Of a stretch of DNA of 56,695 nucleotides, positions 23,559-31,861 are shown piece by piece. The translations under genes were made by a program, and so were the position numbers. Source of the DNA: a virus. The DNA lies in IMG/VR virus record IMGVR_UViG_3300046063_000009. One strand, written 5' to 3'. The notes beneath the pieces are model-generated. The model was not told where the DNA came from. It ran no database searches and saw only the letters and a program-made list of their open reading frames with translations. Positions within the stretch are counted from its first letter, which is position 1. Every line of letters starts with the position of its first letter.

Positions 23559-24842
23559 TCACCAGGCCTGTCTGGCGACCCAGTGAGCATAAATGTCGCT
23601 GAGGTCCGAGGGGTTGGCAACGAAGACGCAAATGTCGCCGTCCAAAATCCCGTGTTTAGCGCGAATATCCCCCGACCGAGTGTCCGCCGATGATCCGACG
23701 CCGGACCCTCTCGTCTGGCCGTATCCGATCTGGTAGCCGCCGGGGTTAGTAGCTACGTCAGTGACCGTGCCGTTGGCGTCCGGGAACTGATCGACCGAGG
23801 TCGATACCTCGACCGCCGAGTTTGCAGCGCTTTGTGAATCCGGCGTTTCGAAGTCGGCGTCGGTTAGCTGCGACCCGGTATCGTCGCGGACCTTCTGGGG
23901 ATCGAAGGCGAGAGCGACGACTGAAGCCGCTCCAGCCGTCAAATCTATATTCTGAAGCTCGACGCTCACGTTTTCGTCATCCGGGGCGACCCGAACCGCG
24001 AACAGCGCCTCCCAACCTCCCGTCTGAGAAGGGCTGAACGGTCCGGCCTCCGATCCTTTCGTCCTGACCACGCTATCGACATCGCCGAGAGTGATGAACG
24101 ACAGTGACCCCGCGTGGACTTCTAGATCCGACGTGCTCGCGTCGGCCTCGACCTCGATGACAACATGGCCGTTGCCGGAGATCGGGCCACGTCCGCCCAG
24201 CCCCGTGCCCGCGTCGGTCGGTTCGGCAGAGGTCGTCGCAATGTCTCTATTGATCTGCCCGTTCCGACCGTTCGTCCAGGTCTCGCCCCAGCTCGACTCT
24301 CCAACGTTGTACCAGTTATAATCTAATACCAGTCTCTGAAACGTAGTCAACGCGCGGATGACGTCTATTGTTTGCTTCTCGCCGACGACCGAGCCCTGGC
24401 GCTTGCCGTAGACGTCTACCTCTTCGGGGCCGTGATCGCCCGTGTGCTCGAGAAAGTAGCCGTCCGAAAGGTCGCCTCCGGGGCTCGTGTCTAAGCCGAC
24501 GGTCACGCGATCATCGCCGGACAGCTCTTGATTGATCGCAAGGGACCCTGACACTTCGCTGACGAAATTAACCGTGTACCTGAATCGCTCGGCTGTTTTG
24601 AACAGCAAGACATCGCCGGCGTCTGGCTGGAGGACGAACACGTCCTCGTCGCCTATGCGTTGGTCATCGAAGTGCGCGTAAGCGCCGATGTTCTCGTACT
24701 GTAACAGTTCGCGCGCACCATTGCGGTAGAGACGATACCTTTCGGGACTGTAGCGATAGTGGGCGGCGAGGTCGGCATTGTTCTGCGTCGTCCTCGAAAG
24801 CTGGTTTCCGAACGCATCTTCCCAGTCGTTTGGTGAGCTCAT
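23559..24842 (-). CDS. Hypothetical beta-rich protein (427 aa), function unknown
   Basis: Long clean ORF with an ATG start, Gly/Ser/Thr/Asp-rich. The 5' third has visibly lower GC. It is flanked by duplicated gene-end sequences. Confidence 0.8.
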   Translation of the reverse strand: MSSPNDWEDAFGNQLSRTTQNNADLAAHYRYSPERYRLYRNGARELLQYENIGAYAHFDDQRIGDEDVFVLQPDAGDVLLFKTAERFRYTVNFVSEVSGSLAINQELSGDDRVTVGLDTSPGGDLSDGYFLEHTGDHGPEEVDVYGKRQGSVVGEKQTIDVIRALTTFQRLVLDYNWYNVGESSWGETWTNGRNGQINRDIATTSAEPTDAGTGLGGRGPISGNGHVVIEVEADASTSDLEVHAGSLSFITLGDVDSVVRTKGSEAGPFSPSQTGGWEALFAVRVAPDDENVSVELQNIDLTAGAASVVALAFDPQKVRDDTGSQLTDADFETPDSQSAANSAVEVSTSVDQFPDANGTVTDVATNPGGYQIGYGQTRGSGVGSSADTRSGDIRAKHGILDGDICVFVANPSDLSDIYAHWVARQAW

Positions 24843-24953
24843 CGGTGATTGGTGTTGATCGGTGCGCCCACGACAGGCGCGTTCCGTCTAACCGTTCGTG
24901 TGGAGTCTGCCCCCAATAAGTTTCGCCGCCGCTGGACTGAATGGAAAAGGTAG

Positions 24954-25109
24954 AAGTTTGGAGTAGGGAACGAACCGGACGACGAAACGCGCGAAGCGAT
25001 CCAACAGTGGTTTCGCCAGCTCATGGACGCCCTTGGCGGCGTTGCCTCGGTTGTGTTTCCGGCGGGTTCGTACCGTGGCGATCGGCGGCTCGGTAAGCTC
25101 CGGTGGTAG
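24954..25109 (+). pseudogene. Start-less remnant paralogous to the C-terminus of the 23020-23439 protein
   Basis: Hand translation KFGVGNEPDDETREAIQQWFRQLMDALGGVASVVFPAGSYRGDRRLGKLRW*, compared with VGRAAEDEEARAIVEEWFRGFMDALGGTAETVYPAGPNRD. There is no start codon after the preceding in-frame TAG. Confidence 0.6.
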
Positions 25110-25165
25110 CGTATGGTCTTTGGTCCCCACCCCCGGTGGTAGCGTATGGTCTTTGGTCCCCACCC
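25100..25165. repeat. Perfect 33-bp tandem duplication (2 units)
   Basis: ccggtggtagcgtatggtctttggtccccaccc occurs at 25100-25132 and again at 25133-25165. Confidence 0.95.
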
Positions 25166-25385
25166 GCCGCTTGGCTATCAATTTGTGCAGATCAGGTGGA
25201 AGCCCGCGCGATACGAGCGCCGTCCGTATGACCAGTGCGAACGGTGCGGACGGTTCCGATCGACTATCCGGCGCTGGCTCCGTCCCTCTGGGCTCCCCCT
25301 CATCGGAGGAACCGAAGTGGTGCAGCGTGAGCGGTGCTTGGAGTGCGAGCGCCTCGGCGGGAAGGAAGTGGTCTATTCCTGGTGA
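25146..25385 (+). CDS. Possible small basic zinc-ribbon protein (79 aa), tentative
   Basis: CERCG...CLEC pairs. The ATG lies inside the second 33-bp repeat unit. The basic composition is atypical for this proteome. Confidence 0.3.
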   Translation: MVFGPHPPLGYQFVQIRWKPARYERRPYDQCERCGRFRSTIRRWLRPSGLPLIGGTEVVQRERCLECERLGGKEVVYSW

Positions 25386-25545
25386 TTAGAAGTTGCTCGG
25401 TGACCTGGAGGATCGACACGCCGCCGACGAAGCACGACCCTACCTCCGGAGCGGTGTCGCTCGTACGCAGGGGTTACGGCGGCGCGTGGCCCCTACACTC
25501 GGCAGTGCAGCGCCAAGTGGCTTAGTTCTCGTGTTTCAACCGCCG

Positions 25546-25589
25546 AAAAAAGAGAACCGAAACGCGGTGTGGAGCCGGCGCGCTGCCGG
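25546..25589 (-). terminator. Hairpin plus T6 terminator candidate after the 25590 gene
   Basis: CCGGC-GCGCT-GCCGG stem-loop (25575-25589) directly after the stop, and T6 on the coding strand at 25546-25551. Confidence 0.45.
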
Positions 25590-25982
25590 TTACAGGTCGG
25601 TGGCGTAGGCATCGAGCCAGTCGTCAACGAAGCCGGCCGCTAGTATCCACTCCTCGCGCTCCAGTTCGGCTATCACGTCCCACTTGAACTCCTGGTGGTG
25701 ATCGAGCGCCGTCGAGTCGTCGGTCCGATCGGCGAGCAGCGCGAGCGCGAGCTGCGCTGGCCCGCTGCCGCCGTAGCCGATCTGGAAGCCGTCGGGCGAG
25801 TGGTTGCGAAGGTCGTTTCGCGGTGGGAGTGCCGACCCGTCCGGGCGATCGACGCTACCGGGGCCGGCGTCGCCGAAGCCCCGCCCGTGGTAGACGGGGA
25901 TGCTCGCGCCCTCGCCCTCGCTCGCGGGTTCACTCTCGGCGACAGTTATGCCGGGGATCGAGTCGTCCTCTGACTCGGCCAT
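25590..25982 (-). CDS. Hypothetical protein, possibly DUF6166-like
   Basis: NHSPDGFQIGYGGSGPAQLALALL resembles the DUF6166 core. This is recalled from memory and not verified. Confidence 0.55.
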   Translation of the reverse strand: MAESEDDSIPGITVAESEPASEGEGASIPVYHGRGFGDAGPGSVDRPDGSALPPRNDLRNHSPDGFQIGYGGSGPAQLALALLADRTDDSTALDHHQEFKWDVIAELEREEWILAAGFVDDWLDAYATDL

Positions 25983-25983
25983 C

Positions 25984-26199
25984 TTAGTCGTCTCCCTCGG
26001 CGGCTTCAGTTCCGTCGTCGTCCGCGTCGGTGCTATCGGCCTTCAGATCGAGGCCGTGCTCCTCGACGCAGGCGGTGCAGGCGAAGCCCATGTGGTCCGG
26101 GCCGTGCTCGTGATATTCGAGGATCGCCAGGCGCAGGCGCTCGGTGTGGTCGTCGGGGTCCTGGTCGCTGTCGTGTTCGGCGTACAGAGCGCAGTTCAT
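25984..26199 (-). CDS. Small acidic protein (71 aa)
   Basis: ATG start, ATGA overlap with the upstream gene, CTAC motif. Confidence 0.65.
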   Translation of the reverse strand: MNCALYAEHDSDQDPDDHTERLRLAILEYHEHGPDHMGFACTACVEEHGLDLKADSTDADDDGTEAAEGDD

Positions 26200-27533
26200 C
26201 GGTTGCCTCCATCGGTGGCCTCGGCATCAGCTTCGGCGTCGGCCATGAGCTCCTGAAGCGCGGCCTGTCGGTCCTCGTGCTCGGCAGCGCGATCGGCGAC
26301 GGACGCCGAGACCTGCGCGAGCGTGGCGAGGCCTTCTTCTTCGGCGGTGGAGATCGCCTGCTGGCCGTCGCCGGCCTGCTGGCGCTCCTGCTCGATCCGG
26401 TACTCGTAGTTCTGTTCAACCTGCTCGATGACCTGGTGAGGGTTGAACAGCAGATCGTTGCTCATCCGCACGTACCCGCGGAAGGTGCTGCCCTCGGTGT
26501 TATCCCACTCGTGCTCGAGGACCGCCGTCACCCCGGAGTGCAACTCCCAGGCGTTCGGCGTGTAGCGGTCCTCGGCGCGGGCCTGCGTGTAGCCCGCTGC
26601 GAGCCTGGCGAACTCCGCTGGGAAGCCCTGGAGCTCGAAGAACTCGGTGAGATCGAACGGTAGCTCGAACAGCGGGATCTCCACATCCAGCGCTTCGCGG
26701 ATCGCCTGGTGGAGCTCGTCGGCTACGACATCGATCTTCGTCAGTATCGCCTCCCACCACTGGGTGAACTCGCCAGGCTCGCCGACGTGCCGGCGGGTGA
26801 GGCGGTCGGTGAGGTTTCGCATCGAGTTCGTGCAGGCGGTGTCCTGGGCGAAGCCCTCGGCGTAGAACGCGCGGTTGCCGAAGTAGTCGCCCCCGGAGGT
26901 GAACCCGAGGACGACCGGGTCGTCCTCGCCGGGAAGCTCGACCTCGCGGGTGTCAAATAGCCCATCGAGCACGAACGTCCCGCCACCGTTGTAGGTGCGG
27001 AACTGACCGTAGAACGCGCTCGCTAAGTCGTGCTCGCGGATCGCGTTCTCAAGCGGGCCGTAGGCCGTCGCGGGGTTGATGATCGTATAGCTATCCGAGA
27101 AGGTCTTCCACAGGGGATCGATTAGACCCCGGCGCGTGCCGTCGGCGTCCTCGTGTCGGTGCTCGCCGCGGAGCCAGCTCTCGATCTTCTCCGGTGAGTA
27201 GACCGCGTTGAAGCGGTCGGTGCTCACCCACGCAGCGCCGTCTTCGTCGTAGCGGATCTCGGCGCTGCCGCCAGCGTCCTCAATCGCCTCCTCGACCGCG
27301 AACGCGCGCTGGGCGGTGAGGTGATCGGGCAGCGGGAACTCCCAGGAGACCGAGGTGGTCTCGGCGGAGTACAGCCCGCCCTGGCGTGGGTGCTGGCGCA
27401 GCACCTCGCTGAAGCTGCGACACTCATCGGCCGCCACACCGTAGGTGTCGCCGTAGTAGTCGGGGATCGTTACCTCGTTCGCGCTCCGCCGGTCCAACCC
27501 GGCGAAGTGGATCGTTCGTTCTGGTGCGACCAT
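26196..27533 (-). CDS. Hypothetical protein (445 aa), possibly DUF932-like
   Basis: Long acidic ORF. GFAQDTACTNSMRNLT resembles the conserved Cys/Asn region of DUF932 phage/plasmid proteins. This is a weak call made by eye. Confidence 0.6.
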   Translation of the reverse strand: MVAPERTIHFAGLDRRSANEVTIPDYYGDTYGVAADECRSFSEVLRQHPRQGGLYSAETTSVSWEFPLPDHLTAQRAFAVEEAIEDAGGSAEIRYDEDGAAWVSTDRFNAVYSPEKIESWLRGEHRHEDADGTRRGLIDPLWKTFSDSYTIINPATAYGPLENAIREHDLASAFYGQFRTYNGGGTFVLDGLFDTREVELPGEDDPVVLGFTSGGDYFGNRAFYAEGFAQDTACTNSMRNLTDRLTRRHVGEPGEFTQWWEAILTKIDVVADELHQAIREALDVEIPLFELPFDLTEFFELQGFPAEFARLAAGYTQARAEDRYTPNAWELHSGVTAVLEHEWDNTEGSTFRGYVRMSNDLLFNPHQVIEQVEQNYEYRIEQERQQAGDGQQAISTAEEEGLATLAQVSASVADRAAEHEDRQAALQELMADAEADAEATDGGNR

Positions 27534-27615
27534 AGTGGTGCAACTCTCCGCGATAGCCCGACCGAGCCGACCGGAGCACTGCTGGCCCGGAACGCGCCAT
27601 CGCTACCATAGCTTT

Positions 27616-27649
27616 CTACCCGGTAAGATATAAATGTACGCATAGCGCC
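27616..27649 (-). promoter_or_regulatory. Conserved viral promoter, copy e
   Basis: Coding strand reads GGCGCTATGCGTACATTTATATCTTACCGGGTAG. Confidence 0.6.
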
Positions 27650-27739
27650 GGATCGACGGCCGGACCGACCTCCGACCCCCACCGTGTCCGCTGCTATCCG
27701 CGGCTGTGGTACTATCCAGGCGAGGAGCGAGGCAGCGAG

Positions 27740-27772
27740 AAAAAGTGACGCGCGTGTAGCGTGCAGCGCGTC
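27740..27772 (-). terminator. Hairpin plus T5 terminator candidate
   Basis: GACGCGC...GCGCGTC stem (27747-27772) immediately after the stop at 27776-27778, followed on the coding strand by TTTTT (27740-27744). Confidence 0.5.
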
Positions 27773-27775
27773 GGG

Positions 27776-28171
27776 TTAGCTGGTCGCCGGCGGTGCCGAC
27801 GCGGTGGTGTCATCGGCGTCGATCTCGCTGGTGACGTCAGCCAGCGAGGTAACGAGACGATCGATTGCTGCCGAGCGGGAGCGTGGCGTCTCGGTCCAGC
27901 CGGCGTCAGTCATGAGTGTCGAGAGCTGGTCGTCGGAGCACTCCTCGAGCATGGCGCGGATGCGGCGCTCTGAGCTGAGGGCGTGGTTCCGTGCAGTGCG
28001 ACCGTCAAGTTGCCCGCTCTGAGTGCGATAGTCGTAGCGCTCGGCGACCAGCGTCCAGGGCACCGAGGTATCGAGGTAGGCCGCGAGTTCGGCGGGGGGA
28101 GCACGGAGGTCGGGATTGATCCCTCGGAACGAAGGTGTCGATGCCGTGGACAAATCAGGATCGGCAGCCAT
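27776..28171 (-). CDS. Hypothetical protein (131 aa)
   Basis: ATG at 28171 with TATA-like CCTATAAATAAAA 24 nt upstream. It is the first gene of the leftward early block. Confidence 0.75.
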   Translation of the reverse strand: MAADPDLSTASTPSFRGINPDLRAPPAELAAYLDTSVPWTLVAERYDYRTQSGQLDGRTARNHALSSERRIRAMLEECSDDQLSTLMTDAGWTETPRSRSAAIDRLVTSLADVTSEIDADDTTASAPPATS

Positions 28172-28311
28172 GAACGAGTCTATGACCTCCGGCGGTTTTA
28201 TTTATAGGGTGCGTTTCGCCTCACGGTAGTCATACTTCAATGGATCGCCGGACGGGAGGCAGGTAGCTACCCGGACAGGTATAATTCGGTGGCCCTTTGA
28301 TTTCGACTGGA

Positions 28312-28350
28312 GCGCTGTCGATACCCCATACATTTACACGTTACGGGACA
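28312..28350 (+). promoter_or_regulatory. Conserved viral promoter, copy g (the only plus-strand copy)
   Basis: GCGCTGTCGATACCCCATACATTTACACGTTACGGGACA, 24 nt before the ATG at 28375. Confidence 0.55.
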
Positions 28351-28374
28351 TAAATTGAGGATAGCAGTGCAGTT

Positions 28375-29481
28375 ATGTCGGGATGCCACGGCACTCCGAT
28401 CCGATCACTCACCATGAGCAACCAGAACACAACCGCCGACCAGCAGGGCGATCACCGCCACGACCTTCCCTCCGACCCCGAGGACGAGGACGAGGGCGGG
28501 CGTGCAGGCTCGTCGTACACGTACGACCGGATTCACGCGGAGTACATTCCGCGCGAGCTGCGGCGCATGGCTCGCGCTCTCGATCTCGATGAGTCGGTGA
28601 TCGATCTCGCGCTCACCGTCGAGGAGCAGGCAGCGAGCGACGATCAGGAGCGCGAAGCGACCTTCAGAAGCACCGACGGGCGCGCAGCGGCGTGCCTGTT
28701 CGTTGCGCTGCGCCTCCAGGGTACCGGGGTGCCGATCTCGCAGGTGGTGGAGGTTTCGCGCGTCGAAAAGCGAACGATCCAGAACGCATACCGCGAACTC
28801 GTCCGGCGTTTGGGCCTGGAAGTACAGCCCGCACGCACCGGCCCGTTTCTCGAACGGTTCATGGACGAGCTCGGCGTGCCCGACGAGAGCCGCGAGCGCG
28901 CTCGGCGACTCCTCGAGGACGCGAAGGACGCGGGCCTCACTAGATCGAATCCCTCGGCGTCGAAGCGGACGCCAGTGCCACAGACCCTCGCTGGCTGTCT
29001 GGTCTACATCGTCGGGCGGATGGACGACCTCGGCATCTCGCAGGCAGCGATCGGTCGCGAGACGGGCGTGGCAGCGCCGACGATCCAGAAGCACTGGCTC
29101 AGGCTCGCGCGAGAGCTCCAGGTAGACGTCGAGCCACGCACGTTCGAGGCCAGCCCTGGGGACGGGAGTGCTGGCGAGGGGCGGTTCGGGACGGTCGATG
29201 ACGTCTTCGACGAGCTTCGCGAGCACGACCAGATTGGACCAGCACTGACGACCGACCTGGAGGCCGCTGCGCGCCGAACGATCCTCGACAGCGAGCTGCT
29301 GATCGGCGAGAAGCGGGTCGCGGGCGTGGTCGCCGGATCGATCTGGCACGTCCTTCGCGAGCAGCCCCGGTCGGAGCGCCCGATCGAGCAGCGCGATCTC
29401 GTTGCTGCGCTGCCGGTCTCGACGCCGACCGTGCGGAAGCGCGCCGACGAGTTCGACGAGGCGCTGCACGGAAGCGACTAA
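28375..29481 (+). CDS. TFB (TFIIB)-like protein: cyclin-fold core repeats without the N-terminal zinc ribbon
   Basis: AAACLFVALRLQGTGVPISQVVEVSRVEKRTIQNAYRELVRRLGL and TLAGCLVYIVGRMDDLGISQAAIGRETGVAAPTIQKHWLRLAREL match the two TFIIB cyclin repeats. A third similar segment is VAGVVAGSIWHVL...VAALPVSTPTVRKRADEF. There are no N-terminal Cys pairs. An alternative ATG is at 28414. Confidence 0.7.
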   Translation: MSGCHGTPIRSLTMSNQNTTADQQGDHRHDLPSDPEDEDEGGRAGSSYTYDRIHAEYIPRELRRMARALDLDESVIDLALTVEEQAASDDQEREATFRSTDGRAAACLFVALRLQGTGVPISQVVEVSRVEKRTIQNAYRELVRRLGLEVQPARTGPFLERFMDELGVPDESRERARRLLEDAKDAGLTRSNPSASKRTPVPQTLAGCLVYIVGRMDDLGISQAAIGRETGVAAPTIQKHWLRLARELQVDVEPRTFEASPGDGSAGEGRFGTVDDVFDELREHDQIGPALTTDLEAAARRTILDSELLIGEKRVAGVVAGSIWHVLREQPRSERPIEQRDLVAALPVSTPTVRKRADEFDEALHGSD

Positions 29482-29515
29482 GTAAACGATATAGCACGAT
29501 ACGATTCATACTGGC

Positions 29516-29992
29516 ATGGATCACGACTCCGATCCCCGGCACCTACCGAGTGGCTGCCTGCTCTGCGGGCGTCCACAACCTTCCCATCCAGCGCCGAGCG
29601 GCCATCTCTGTCATACCTGCCTGCGCGAGCGTGGCGAGGAGTGGGTACTGGAGCGCTTCGTGGATCACGGGTTCGCTACCGTGCTCGAGACGCGCGAGGA
29701 AACGGAGCGCTACGTCGGCGAGGAGGAGCCGGTGAGCAGGTGGACAGTTGACTCGGTGGAGTGTCGGTGGTGCGCGATGACGGTCGACATCGGGCGCGCA
29801 GCGCTGCGCGATGAAGCGGTGATCGCCACCGAGAGCCTGCCGTTTGAGCGCTACCCGCACCTGGCGACGGTCTGGTGCCAGACGTGCGCGATTCCAAACG
29901 ACCTGCTCTGCTCCGATCACACCCGCGACGTCGTGGACGACCACACTCCGATCGAGCACGTCGCGATCGAGGCGCTACGCCCCGGAGCGTAG
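29516..29992 (+). CDS. Cys-rich (multi zinc-finger) protein (158 aa)
   Basis: CLLCG...CHTC...CRWC...CQTC...C. ATG start 35 nt after the TFB-like stop. Confidence 0.7.
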   Translation: MDHDSDPRHLPSGCLLCGRPQPSHPAPSGHLCHTCLRERGEEWVLERFVDHGFATVLETREETERYVGEEEPVSRWTVDSVECRWCAMTVDIGRAALRDEAVIATESLPFERYPHLATVWCQTCAIPNDLLCSDHTRDVVDDHTPIEHVAIEALRPGA

Positions 29993-29999
29993 TGTAACG

Positions 30000-30266
30000 C
30001 TAGCTCTCGGACTCAGGCGATCGATCGAACACGAACTCCGACTCGGCTGCTCGTCGAGATGGATCATCGATCACCTCGGCTGTCGCGGCATCGGTATCCG
30101 CGGCGCTTCCGGCGACCCCCGTACAGATGGAGGTGAGCATCCCCAGGCCGAAGGCCGCGGCCGGGACAAACAAGTACACCAACACTTCGATACCGGGGAC
30201 CGTACCGGGGTCGAACGGAAGCACCGGGAGGCCGAGGGCGAGGCTGAGAACGAGTCCCCCGGTCAT
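30000..30266 (-). CDS. Small membrane protein (2 TM) with an acidic tail
   Basis: MTGGLVLSLALGLPVLPF...VLVYLFVPAAAFGLGMLTSICTGV. ATGA overlap with the upstream gene. Confidence 0.7.
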   Translation of the reverse strand: MTGGLVLSLALGLPVLPFDPGTVPGIEVLVYLFVPAAAFGLGMLTSICTGVAGSAADTDAATAEVIDDPSRRAAESEFVFDRSPESES

Positions 30267-30529
30267 TGGGATTCGAGCGGGTCGGAGCCGGGTGACTTGC
30301 CGAACTCTTCGTCGTGCGTCTCGATCAGCTTCCCGAGGGTGCGATCGAACTCCGAGCGGACGTCGCGGAGATCGTCGGTCGGGCTGCCGCTCACCTCCAC
30401 CGAGATCGACCCGAGCTGCCCCCGGATCGACGGCGGAATATCACTCGACTCCTCGAACTCCTCCTCCATACCGGCGCGCATCATCTCCTGCAGAAACCCA
30501 CCCTCACCGCGACCGCCGCCACTACCCAT
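30263..30529 (-). CDS. Hypothetical acidic protein (88 aa)
   Basis: ATG at 30529, acidic. Confidence 0.65.
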   Translation of the reverse strand: MGSGGGRGEGGFLQEMMRAGMEEEFEESSDIPPSIRGQLGSISVEVSGSPTDDLRDVRSEFDRTLGKLIETHDEEFGKSPGSDPLESQ

Positions 30530-30704
30530 TGTTCGCCTCCGTGATCGCAGCGGTGTCGTGGGCGAACTCCTCGGCGTCGGTTCCGATCGGTGTCTTTGCG
30601 CTCACAGTGCAGCGTTCGTTTCCGGCTCCATAGGTGTGTATGCTACCCGGGAGGAACGTGAATCGAACGTCGGACGACTGGCTGACGGAGCTTTAGGAGG
30701 CTGG

Positions 30705-30778
30705 GGTGTCACCCTGGCGTATGTCGAGTGGTGACGGCTCGGGTGACATACTGAGTATCGGGGTGACGGGGGAGTGAC
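30705..30778 (+). promoter_or_regulatory. (G/A)GTGAC repeat array, candidate operator of the RHH protein
   Basis: GGTGtCACC palindrome at 30705-30713. GGTGAC at 30730, 30742 and 30762, and AGTGAC at 30773, with spacings of 12, 20 and 11 nt. The last copy overlaps the GTG start. Confidence 0.45.
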
Positions 30779-31193
30779 AAGCAGCGAGAAGGCCGAGCGC
30801 CAGTCGATCCGACTGTATGACGACCAGACCGAGATCCTTGATCCGCGGATCGGAGACGGGGGGTTCGAGAACCGCTCCGAGGCGATCAGAGAGATGATTG
30901 AGGCCTACCCGGAGCTGCGCAGCGAGATCGACGCGCTCCGAGAGAACCGCGATGCGCTGCTCGATGAACACGAGCGCGAGCGCGCCGAGTTGGAGCGGGA
31001 GATCGACCGACTCGAAAACCAGTATCGCGTGCTGGTCAACGAGCGCCAGGACGAGAACCTGCCAGTGCCGCTCGACCGTGACCACGCGCTGCGCCGGTAC
31101 GCCGAGCGCCAGCAGCGCCGGAGCGAGCAACCCTTCTACCGACGGTGGTGGTGGCGGCTCGCCGGTGAGCCGGAGCTCGCGACCGGCGACTGA
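30774..31193 (+). CDS. Ribbon-helix-helix (CopG/Arc-like) regulator with a coiled-coil C-terminal half
   Basis: QSIRLYDDQTEILDPRI..GFENRSEAIREMIE fits a beta-strand/helix/helix pattern. GTG is the only available start after the in-frame stop at 30744. Confidence 0.6.
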   Translation: MTSSEKAERQSIRLYDDQTEILDPRIGDGGFENRSEAIREMIEAYPELRSEIDALRENRDALLDEHERERAELEREIDRLENQYRVLVNERQDENLPVPLDRDHALRRYAERQQRRSEQPFYRRWWWRLAGEPELATGD

Positions 31194-31706
31194 TCGAGGA
31201 AGCACAGAACCGACGTCGAACGCGAGCCGCCGAAGCCACCGACCGTGTTTATGGGCTCGACGTCGCCGCGCTATCCGAGACGGTGGACGCTCGAAGGTGG
31301 TTCGGTGGCGGGTGGTGGCTCGCGCAGCGACCCCGGCCGCCGATGCCAGTGCGAGACGGGCGGGTGCGAACTCCGATCACCGACCGGCAGCGGTGCGCCA
31401 CCGGGATCGCTACGAGAGGGCCGCTCTTCTGAGCCTTCATCGAGTGAGACACGACCGCACGACAGCGTGTCGTCCTCGATTAGCCCCGTACCAGGGGCAA
31501 CACCCGGAGTGCGTGAGTCCCTCCAGATTCACGCAGGGTGACCGGGGTACCCGAGAAGGAGACCGGAGCGGTCTTAATCATTTCCGAACCGTGAGTAACA
31601 TTAACTGAGTCTCTACTTTCCCGCAACTACCGAGCGCTGCTGGCACGCGCTGGACTTGGAAGGCCGAGAGCGGTACCTGTTAACCGATAGAGGTGTTTTT
31701 TACAAT

Positions 31707-31861
31707 TTAGCGGTAACAATATCCGGGGCTGCACACTTTGCACACTTTCTGGAGTATCTTAAGGATGGAGAGCAAAGGGGAGTAGCGTATTTCACCTCTC
31801 CATAGTAAGGAGATCGCTAAAACCGTGCAAAGTATGCAAAGCAGGTTAATATTACCGCTAA
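31707..31861. repeat. Nested inverted repeats with 9-mer iterons in an AT-rich patch, candidate replication origin
   Basis: Outer arms TTAGCGGTAA (31707-31716) / TTACCGCTAA (31852-31861). GCACACTTT x2 (31731-31748) faces GTGCAAAGTATGCAAAGC (31825-31842). Inner stem ATGGAGAG (31765-31772) / CTCTCCAT (31797-31804). Confidence 0.5.

Noticed and set aside
25100-25165. 33-bp tandem repeat as a mini-CRISPR array
   Set aside because: The two units are directly adjacent with no spacer, no further units and no leader-like flank. This is a simple tandem duplication.
28405-29469. 354-aa minus-strand ORF
   Set aside because: It is antisense to the TFB-like gene. It has Arg/Leu/Pro-rich composition and no promoter, whereas the plus-strand frame shows clear cyclin-repeat motifs.
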